This document shows, piece by piece, positions 46,508 to 53,660 of a stretch of 53,660 nucleotides of DNA; positions within the stretch are counted from its first letter, which is position 1; each line of letters opens with the position of its first letter. This stretch comes from an uncultured Bacteroidota bacterium. Its GTDB lineage: Bacteria; Bacteroidota; Bacteroidia; Flavobacteriales; TMED113. The DNA lies in assembly GCA_902520385.1 (NCBI GenBank), contig CABYOB010000004.1, positions 1 through 53,660 on the forward strand, read 5' to 3'. Made by a program: the position numbers and the translations under genes. The notes under the pieces were generated by a model. That model made no database searches. It saw only the letters and a list, made by a program, of their open reading frames with translations, and was not told the origin of the DNA.

Positions 46508-49000
46508 ATGATGCAGCAATTTTTAAAAACAATTATGATTTTTTGTATGTTAATATCTACCGATTTATTAACTGCTCAAATTGTAGCTTCTGAAGATGTC
46601 TATTTGTGTGAGCCTACAGAGATAACTTTACAAGCCACTGCTAATGGGACTTCTGGAACTGACTCTGGTATTTCTAGTGATGATACTTTTGGAGGATTAG
46701 TTAATTTAGGTTTTAATTTTGATTTTTATGGGGTCACTTATAACCAATGTGTTATTTCTTCAAATAATTATTTGTCATTTAATGCTGCAAATGCTGGTGG
46801 TTATTCTGGTTGGAATATTGGTGCAGCTGTGCCTAATAATTTTGACGCTCCAATGAATGCAATACTGTGCCCTTGGCAAGATATAAATCCAGGGATAGGT
46901 GGAAATATTCAGTATAGTTTATCAGGTGATGCTCCTAATAGAGTATTTACAGTTACTTTTTGCGCAATACCTATGTTCTCATGTACTGATATATGTTATA
47001 CTAGTCAAATAAAATTATTTGAAACAAGTAATATTATTGAAACTCATATATCTGAAAAGCCATTATGTGCAACATGGAATGATGGGGCAGCTATACATGC
47101 TTTACATAATAACACGGGGACTATAGCTAATGTAGTTACAGGGCCTGATGGTATAGTAAGAAATTTTCCTAATCAATGGACAGCGTTACAAGATGGATAT
47201 AGATTTACGCCAAATGGCCCAAATGATTATATAATAGAACAAATTCCTTACCAACCTGTAATTACTGGCAATACAGTTACATGGTTAGATGTTGATGGAA
47301 ATATTGTTGGTTCAGGTAACACTTTAACTGTTAATCCAACTGAATCAACCACATACTATGCTCAGGCGCAACTTTGTGAGGGAGGGGGGTGTTCTGGAAA
47401 TGGAGGAGGAACAGTTGAAGACGAGGTAAGTATATTTTTTGAAGAAATTTCAATTGATTATGAGACTACCTCAGCTTCTTGCGGCTGGGAAAATAATCCA
47501 GATGGACAAATAATTTCTAGCCCAGTGGGAACAGGTCCATTTGATTTTATCTGGACTAATGAAAATGGTGAAGTAGTTCAAGAAACAATAGCACAAAACA
47601 CAGACATTTTAAATAATATTCCACCAGGAAATTATATTTTAAGTGTATCCACTCAATTAGGTTGTTTTGATGAAGAAACAATCTCAGTTGAAATGGATGG
47701 CTTAATGCCAGAGGAGGCTTTGGCAGGGGATGACCAAGAAATATGTTCAACTTTAACAACTCTGTCGGCAAATAGTACTCAGGCACAAGATAATGTTGTA
47801 CAATGGGAGTTAATATCAGGAAGTGGCATCATAAGCGATATCGATAATCCATCTTCTAATGTTACTGGACTATCGATTGGGGAGAATGTTTTTCAATGGA
47901 GCGTTACAAATGATTGTGGGACAAATACAGATCAAGTTACAATTACTGTATTAGATGGAAACCCCGTGATTTCGGAGCCATTAAGTCCGGTGACTTGTTT
48001 GTTAAACACAAGTTTAAATGCAAGTGTACAAGGAGATGTGATGGTGTGGTCGGGTTCGGGCCCTGGAAATATTAATTTTTCTTCACCGAATGATTTGTCA
48101 ACAAATGTAACTGTTGATCAATATGGTCTGTATACGTTTAATTTTATGGGCTGTGCAGGTACTCAAACAGTTTCGGTTGAATTTGTTACTGAAACACCAC
48201 AAATAATTAATGAAGAGACTGTTTATTGTGACTTTCAGACTGAGCTAGAAGTTAATTATATTGAAAATATAAATGGGTGGTCACTTTTTTCTAGCCCTAA
48301 TGGCTCAAATGTCACTTTTTCTTCACCGAACGATTTAAGTACAAATGTAACAGTAGATCAATATGGAACTTATCAATTTATGTTTGAAGCATGTGATTCA
48401 TATGATGTTATTCCTGTTACTTTTGCACCTGATGAACCAACTGTTGTTGGGCCGCAGCACCAAGATTGCATTTTATATGCAGATTTGGTAGCTTATACAG
48501 AGGCTGAAAATGGTGGGCCTTGGACACAAATTTTTGGGCCAAGCGGAGTTGTTTTTTCTGACCAATGGTCTCCAGAAGTTCAGGTTACTGTACCAGACTA
48601 TGGTATTTATATGTTTCAATATACAGCATGTAATATAGATACATATATTGAGGTAGGGTTTTCGTGCGAACTAGTATTACCGAATGTTATCACCCCTAAT
48701 AATGATGGCATTAATGATGAGTTTATTATTGATGGTTTAGATCCTACCATCTACACTAACAGCTTATTTACTGTTTTTAACAGATGGGGAGGTGTTGTAT
48801 ATATTGAAAGTGATTATGGTTTAAATGATGTTTGGTGGGATGGAGAAGTTGTCTTGGATAGTTATATTAGAGATTATTCGGAAAGTTCTGAGAAACAACT
48901 GGTAAATGATGGTGTTTACTATTATGTTTTGGATGTATTTAATCAAGCTCAAAATCAAAAAGAATATTATACGGGCCACCTTACAATTTTAAAAGACTAG
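46508..49000 (+). CDS. Secreted protein with gliding-motility-associated (T9SS type B / CHU_C) C-terminal domain
   Basis: Signal peptide; LGFNFDFYG N-terminal domain; Ig/PKD-like repeats; PNVITPNNDGIND...FNRWG...WDG...GVYYY. Confidence 0.88.
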   Translation: MMQQFLKTIMIFCMLISTDLLTAQIVASEDVYLCEPTEITLQATANGTSGTDSGISSDDTFGGLVNLGFNFDFYGVTYNQCVISSNNYLSFNAANAGGYSGWNIGAAVPNNFDAPMNAILCPWQDINPGIGGNIQYSLSGDAPNRVFTVTFCAIPMFSCTDICYTSQIKLFETSNIIETHISEKPLCATWNDGAAIHALHNNTGTIANVVTGPDGIVRNFPNQWTALQDGYRFTPNGPNDYIIEQIPYQPVITGNTVTWLDVDGNIVGSGNTLTVNPTESTTYYAQAQLCEGGGCSGNGGGTVEDEVSIFFEEISIDYETTSASCGWENNPDGQIISSPVGTGPFDFIWTNENGEVVQETIAQNTDILNNIPPGNYILSVSTQLGCFDEETISVEMDGLMPEEALAGDDQEICSTLTTLSANSTQAQDNVVQWELISGSGIISDIDNPSSNVTGLSIGENVFQWSVTNDCGTNTDQVTITVLDGNPVISEPLSPVTCLLNTSLNASVQGDVMVWSGSGPGNINFSSPNDLSTNVTVDQYGLYTFNFMGCAGTQTVSVEFVTETPQIINEETVYCDFQTELEVNYIENINGWSLFSSPNGSNVTFSSPNDLSTNVTVDQYGTYQFMFEACDSYDVIPVTFAPDEPTVVGPQHQDCILYADLVAYTEAENGGPWTQIFGPSGVVFSDQWSPEVQVTVPDYGIYMFQYTACNIDTYIEVGFSCELVLPNVITPNNDGINDEFIIDGLDPTIYTNSLFTVFNRWGGVVYIESDYGLNDVWWDGEVVLDSYIRDYSESSEKQLVNDGVYYYVLDVFNQAQNQKEYYTGHLTILKD
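48077..48366 (+). repeat. Two ~50-bp imperfect direct repeats 240 bp apart (FSSPNDLSTNVTVDQYG)
   Basis: 48077-48126 and 48317-48366 encode the same 17-aa peptide with synonymous differences. Confidence 0.85.
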
Positions 49001-49580
49001 CCGTCCTGTCAATTTGTTTTGAAATCATATCAAATTCTAGATTAACTTTATCATTTTTCTTTATAAACTGAAAAGTTGTTTCTTTAAGAGTATGTGGGAT
49101 TATCCAGACTTCAAATGACATTTCTGAGTCTTTAATTTTTGAAACAGTTAGGCTAACACCGTTAATACAGATTGACCCTTTTTCAAATATTAAATTTTGG
49201 AATTTTTTTGGATATTGAAATATAAAAAAAACATTACCGTCTTCCTTATTAATAAAGGAACAGTTTCCAAGACAATCTACGTGACCCTGTACAAAATGAC
49301 CACTTATTCTAGAGGACATTTTTAAACTTCTCTCTAAGTTAATTTTATCTCCCACTTTTAAGGTTCCTAAATTTGTTTTAAGAAGAGTTTCTTTTACGCA
49401 GGTCACTTTATAAAATTTTGGACCAATGTGCGTTACAGTTAAACAAACTCCGTTATGAGCTACACTTTCACCTATTGCTAGTTCATTCGTGAAACTTGAT
49501 TTTATATAAATATTATAATTTGAGATGTTGTTCTCAACTTTCATTATTTCACCAATATTTTCGATTATTCCAGAGAACAT
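48981..49580 (-). CDS. ribE: Riboflavin synthase (alpha chain)
   Basis: MFSGIIE, GVCLTV, NLER, GHFVQGHVD, GVSLTV, IPHT, VNLEFD. Confidence 0.95.
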   Translation of the reverse strand: MFSGIIENIGEIMKVENNISNYNIYIKSSFTNELAIGESVAHNGVCLTVTHIGPKFYKVTCVKETLLKTNLGTLKVGDKINLERSLKMSSRISGHFVQGHVDCLGNCSFINKEDGNVFFIFQYPKKFQNLIFEKGSICINGVSLTVSKIKDSEMSFEVWIIPHTLKETTFQFIKKNDKVNLEFDMISKQIDRTASLLKL

Positions 49581-49643
49581 ACAATTAGCTTGTTTATTAA
49601 TAATAAATAATTACTTTAGTTATCTAAATTTACTAATAAGATT

Positions 49644-50978
49644 ATGATAAAAATATATTTATTAGATAAAAAATCTAATTTAAAACCAGAAACGCACAAA
49701 GAATACATTTGTTTACCTAATTCATTTCTTGAAATTAGAAAAGAGGCAGTAAAAATTTATAAATGGCTTAAGGCTATTGAGCAAAGGCATATACAAAAAC
49801 TTTATGATCAAAAATATTCATTGGGCGTGGACATAATTAATCAATCAAAAAATGAGCAAGGTGCAGCGGTTTTTTTGGAAAGTATTTTTTTATTGAATTA
49901 CAGGTTTGATAAATATCAAAAACTAAAAAAAAATAGATTTAATATTTCGTTTAAAAATAATAGTCTTTTTAAAAAAGAGATAGTAGAGGGTGTTTTTTTG
50001 GCTAGAGATTTAGTAAATGAGCCATTATCATTTTTAACAGCAACACAATTATCTAAAGAAATTAAAAAAGCTTCTAAAAATGCAAAATTTAATTTAAAAG
50101 TTTTAGGTCAAAAACAAATACAATCTTTGGGAATGGGGGGCGTTCTAAGTGTTAATAGAGGTTCAGTAAATCCCCCTACATTTAATATACTTAGTTATTT
50201 ACCCAAAAAAAATAATCAAAAACCAATTATATTAGTTGGAAAAGGGGTGGTTTATGACACGGGTGGCTTAAGCTTAAAGCCTACTCCAAATTCCATGGAC
50301 TGTATGAAAAGTGATATGGGGGGTGCGGCAGCAGTTATCGGAGCAATATACGCAATATCTAAAATGAAGTTAAATGTTAATGTAATTGGTCTAATCCCAG
50401 CAGTTGAAAATAGGCCTGGCGGAAACGCATATGTTCCCGGGGATGTGGTAACCATGATGGATGGTAGTAGTGTAGAGGTACTTAACACTGATGCGGAGGG
50501 TCGAATGATATTGGCAGATGCTTTACATTATGCAAAAGGATTTGATCCTAAATTAGTGTTAGATGTTGCTACATTAACTGGTTCTGCGGCAAGGGCGGTA
50601 GGTAAATATGGAATAGTAGCTATGGGAAATGCGAGTAAAAAAATCTGTGATATTGTTGAAAAATCAGGACATGAAATGTCTGAAAGAGTTGCTTTTCAGC
50701 CTTTTTGGGATGAATATTCCCAAGAGCTAGAGTCTAATATAGCGGACTTAAAAAATATAGGATCGGCTGAAGCGGGTCATATAACAGCAGGTAAATTTCT
50801 AGAGCACTTCACTAAAGATGCAGGAAAAAAATGCTATCCTTGGATTCATTTAGATATTGCTGGCTCTGCTTTTCTTCAGTCTGAATATTTTTTACATCCA
50901 AAGGGTGGCACGGGCTCTGGTGTAAGGCTAATATGTAGATTTTTGCAATTTATTGCTAAAAACGGTTTGCCAGAATAA
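49644..50978 (+). CDS. pepA: M17 leucyl aminopeptidase
   Basis: GKGVVYDTGG, MKSDMGG, NTDAEGR, ATLTG, HLDIAG. Confidence 0.92.
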   Translation: MIKIYLLDKKSNLKPETHKEYICLPNSFLEIRKEAVKIYKWLKAIEQRHIQKLYDQKYSLGVDIINQSKNEQGAAVFLESIFLLNYRFDKYQKLKKNRFNISFKNNSLFKKEIVEGVFLARDLVNEPLSFLTATQLSKEIKKASKNAKFNLKVLGQKQIQSLGMGGVLSVNRGSVNPPTFNILSYLPKKNNQKPIILVGKGVVYDTGGLSLKPTPNSMDCMKSDMGGAAAVIGAIYAISKMKLNVNVIGLIPAVENRPGGNAYVPGDVVTMMDGSSVEVLNTDAEGRMILADALHYAKGFDPKLVLDVATLTGSAARAVGKYGIVAMGNASKKICDIVEKSGHEMSERVAFQPFWDEYSQELESNIADLKNIGSAEAGHITAGKFLEHFTKDAGKKCYPWIHLDIAGSAFLQSEYFLHPKGGTGSGVRLICRFLQFIAKNGLPE

Positions 50979-51014
50979 ATTAAAAACCAGTTAGTATTTA
51001 ACTATATAGATTAA

Positions 51015-52019
51015 ATGAAAAAAATAACCAAGATAGGCGTTACATGTGGAGATCCTAATGGAGTTGGGTTGCAGGTTTTAATACAGTCTTTTAATAGTAT
51101 TTTTGTTAAAAACAAAGATGTAAAAGTAATTTTATTTGCATCTAAATGTTTATGGGATTTTTATTTAAAATTACTAAAAATCAACGGCTTAAGGTGTACG
51201 TTGATACAAAATGTAGAAGATGCTCGAAATGAAACTATAAATATAATTGAATGTTTTTCATCAAAATTAAATATTCAACCTGGTAAAGTCACACGAGCCG
51301 CCGGTCTTGCTGCTGCAAAATCATTAGTGGTTGCTTCGGATTATTTAATCTTAAATAAAATAGATGCTTTAGTTACAATGCCCGTAAGTAAGTCAAATAT
51401 GCATTTTGAAAATGGATATAAGTTTATAGGTCATACTGAGTACTTAAGAGATAGATCAAATGCATATGAAACTTTAATGATTTTAATAACAAAAGGTTTC
51501 AAAGTAGCAACTGTCACAAATCACGTGCCTATTGCTAAAATTTCAAAACAGATCACTAAAAAATTAGTGACTTTAAAATTAAAGCTACTCATTAGTAGTT
51601 TAGAAAATGACTTTTCAATAAATAATCCTAAAATTGCAGTTTTAGGATTAAATCCTCATATGGGAGATGGAGGGTTAATAGGAAAGGAAGAGATAAATAT
51701 AATAAAACCAGTTATTGAAAAATTTGATCATCAGGGTTTTAATGTTTCTGGGCCCTTTTCGTCTGATGCTTTCTTTGGAAAATTGTTGTATAAAAATTAT
51801 GATGCTGTTCTTGCGATGTATCATGACCAAGGTCTTATTCCTTTTAAAATGGAATCATTTAATAAGGGTGTAAATTTTACAGCGGGCATGAATTATATTC
51901 GCACATCACCTGATCATGGTCCAGCTTTCGATATTGTAGGAACAGAGCATGTAAATAGCGAATCATTTTTAAACTCAATATTTTTCGCGAATAAAATTTA
52001 TAAATCTAGATTAGTGTAA
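51015..52019 (+). CDS. pdxA: 4-hydroxythreonine-4-phosphate dehydrogenase
   Basis: GDPNGVG, GHTEYL, GLNPH, MYHDQGL, RTSPDHG. Confidence 0.95.
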   Translation: MKKITKIGVTCGDPNGVGLQVLIQSFNSIFVKNKDVKVILFASKCLWDFYLKLLKINGLRCTLIQNVEDARNETINIIECFSSKLNIQPGKVTRAAGLAAAKSLVVASDYLILNKIDALVTMPVSKSNMHFENGYKFIGHTEYLRDRSNAYETLMILITKGFKVATVTNHVPIAKISKQITKKLVTLKLKLLISSLENDFSINNPKIAVLGLNPHMGDGGLIGKEEINIIKPVIEKFDHQGFNVSGPFSSDAFFGKLLYKNYDAVLAMYHDQGLIPFKMESFNKGVNFTAGMNYIRTSPDHGPAFDIVGTEHVNSESFLNSIFFANKIYKSRLV

Positions 52020-52066
52020 AGAAGAAGAAAAGTATTATATTAGCCTTCCAATTTTAAATTTGATTT

Positions 52067-52567
52067 ATGGGAAGTTCTAATTTTGAAGTAAATCTCCCTA
52101 GTCTTTTTGGAAAAAAGATGCTCGCAAATTTTGAATTAGATAGTAAGTTCTTTGAATTTTCTGAATACTTTTTGATAGACAGTTATTTGATTAATTGTAC
52201 TGTTGAGATAGAGAAAAAAAATGCTTTCTGGCAGTTAGATTTAGCATTAAGTGGATCTGTTAAAACTTATTGTGATAGGTGCGGAGATCCATTAGTTTTG
52301 AGTTTACATGGATTAGAAACATATTTTTTAAAAAAAGAAATAGATGACAACTCTCAATCTCATAATATAATTTATTTAAATCATACGGCAGAACCAGTAA
52401 ATTTGGAAGGTGTTATAAAGGAGGCTATTTTTTTTCTTATTCCAAGAACTAAAAAGCATAAAACCAATGAATGTAACCCTGAAGCAATAGAGAAATTAGA
52501 GTTTTATCAAAAGGGCAATAGTAAGAATACTTTATCAGATCATTTAAAGAGAAAATTAAAAAAATAG
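52067..52567 (+). CDS. yceD: YceD/DUF177-family protein
   Basis: CDRC motif; position directly upstream of rpmF. Confidence 0.8.
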   Translation: MGSSNFEVNLPSLFGKKMLANFELDSKFFEFSEYFLIDSYLINCTVEIEKKNAFWQLDLALSGSVKTYCDRCGDPLVLSLHGLETYFLKKEIDDNSQSHNIIYLNHTAEPVNLEGVIKEAIFFLIPRTKKHKTNECNPEAIEKLEFYQKGNSKNTLSDHLKRKLKK

Positions 52568-52571
52568 TAAA

Positions 52572-52748
52572 ATGGCACATCCTAAAAGAAGAGTTTCTAA
52601 AACTCGAAAAAATAAAAGAAGAACTCACTATAAAGCAAAAAGTGAGGTTGTATCTATTTGTAAAGAAACAGGTGAGGCTCATGTTTATCACAGAGCTTAT
52701 ACTCACGAAGGGAAGATTTATTATAAAGGAAAATTATTTTCAGAATAA
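52572..52748 (+). CDS. rpmF: 50S ribosomal protein L32 (not in the ORF track)
   Basis: [19 protein letters not shown]...[11 protein letters not shown]...YYKG, 58 aa. Confidence 0.95.
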   Translation: MAHPKRRVSKTRKNKRRTHYKAKSEVVSICKETGEAHVYHRAYTHEGKIYYKGKLFSE

Positions 52749-52804
52749 TTTTTTTCATACCACTTTAATTTTAACTTTAAAGACATAAAATAAATTTATA
52801 ATTT

Positions 52805-53660
52805 ATGTCGAAAAATTTATCTTGTGCCATTACCGCAGTTGCAGGCTGGGTTCCAGATACCAAATTAACAAATGAAGATTTGGCCAATATGGTCGACACT
52901 TCAGATGAATGGATAACTACAAGAACTGGCATTAAGGAACGAAGAATTTTAAAAGACTCAGATAAGGCCACTGCGCACATGTCTTCAAGGGCTATTGAAA
53001 GGCTATTATCTAAAAGAAACATTAAAGCAAATGAAATCGATTTAATAATTTGCGCTACTGTAACTCCGGACATGCTTTTCCCTTCAACCGCATCAATCAT
53101 TATTGATTCAATTGGGGCTACAAATTCGTTTGGCTTTGATTTGTCGGCAGCGTGTTCTGGATTTTTATTCGCATTAAAAACGGGAGCTTCGTATATAGAA
53201 AGTGGCTCATGTCAAAAGGTTATTGTAGTTGGTTCAGATAAAATGTCTTCCATAGTAGATTATTCGGATCGTCAAACATGCATTATTTTTGGAGATGGTG
53301 CGGGTGCAGTTCTTTTAGAGCCAACGAAAGAATCTTTGGGAATTCAGGATTCTATATTGAAGGTTGATGGCTCTGGAAAGCAATATTTAAAACAAATTGC
53401 AGGAGGGTCCTTAAACCCCTCTTCTCATAAAACTGTAGATAATAAAGAACATTATATTTTTCAAGATGGTAAAACAGTATTTAAGTTTGCAGTTAGTAAA
53501 ATGGCTGATGTTGCGGCAGAAATCATGCAGAAGAACAAATTAAAACCTGAAGATATTTCTTGGCTTGTTCCGCACCAAGCTAATTTAAGAATAATAGACG
53601 CTACAGCTAGACGTATGGGGTTAGACAATAAAAAGATTATGATTAATATTCAAAAATATG
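52805..53660 (+). CDS. fabH: 3-oxoacyl-ACP synthase III (3' truncated by window edge)
   Basis: ATG at 52805; DTSDEWITTRTGIKERR, AACSGF, FGDGAGA, VPHQANLRII. Confidence 0.95.
   Translation, partial: MSKNLSCAITAVAGWVPDTKLTNEDLANMVDTSDEWITTRTGIKERRILKDSDKATAHMSSRAIERLLSKRNIKANEIDLIICATVTPDMLFPSTASIIIDSIGATNSFGFDLSAACSGFLFALKTGASYIESGSCQKVIVVGSDKMSSIVDYSDRQTCIIFGDGAGAVLLEPTKESLGIQDSILKVDGSGKQYLKQIAGGSLNPSSHKTVDNKEHYIFQDGKTVFKFAVSKMADVAAEIMQKNKLKPEDISWLVPHQANLRIIDATARRMGLDNKKIMINIQKY

Noticed and set aside
52748-52805. Absence of plsX between rpmF and fabH
   Set aside because: This gene order is ordinary for flavobacteria
1-53660. CRISPR arrays, tRNA and rRNA genes
   Set aside because: No regularly spaced repeats, cloverleaf/T-loop motifs or rRNA-like sequence seen; intergenic gaps are short

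Overview
AT-rich, tightly packed chromosomal segment of a Bacteroidota bacterium, probably a marine Flavobacteriales. This assignment is inferred from T9SS type A and B cargo proteins, TAnnTTTG promoters and the pdxA-yceD-rpmF-fabH and yicC-gmk-nadD gene orders. Most of the window is housekeeping: hflX, ahpC, trpS, gatC, tadA, aspS, hppD, hmgA, trhO, cysS, polA, gmk, nadD, purQ, purD, lepA, ribE, pepA, pdxA, rpmF and fabH. An accessory block of about 8 kb (17.3-25.4 kb) holds a tightly coupled five-gene minus-strand operon: HNH nuclease, DGQHR (DndB/ParB-like) protein with a Zn-ribbon insert, HAD 5'(3')-deoxyribonucleotidase, Swt1-like HEPN RNase, and a STAND-like ATPase with a TPR-like tail. 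It faces a convergent RecD-like helicase. I do not recognise this combination as a named system, and it is the best candidate for an undescribed anti-phage defence system. Just left of it is a SAM-I/IV-like riboswitch with its own promoter but no cognate downstream gene. Other points are two sigma54-type promoters (one in front of a possible sRNA) and a tandem pair of paralogous ~75-aa membrane proteins. No rRNA, tRNA, CRISPR array, integrase or transposase was seen. All calls come from reading motifs; no database searches were run.
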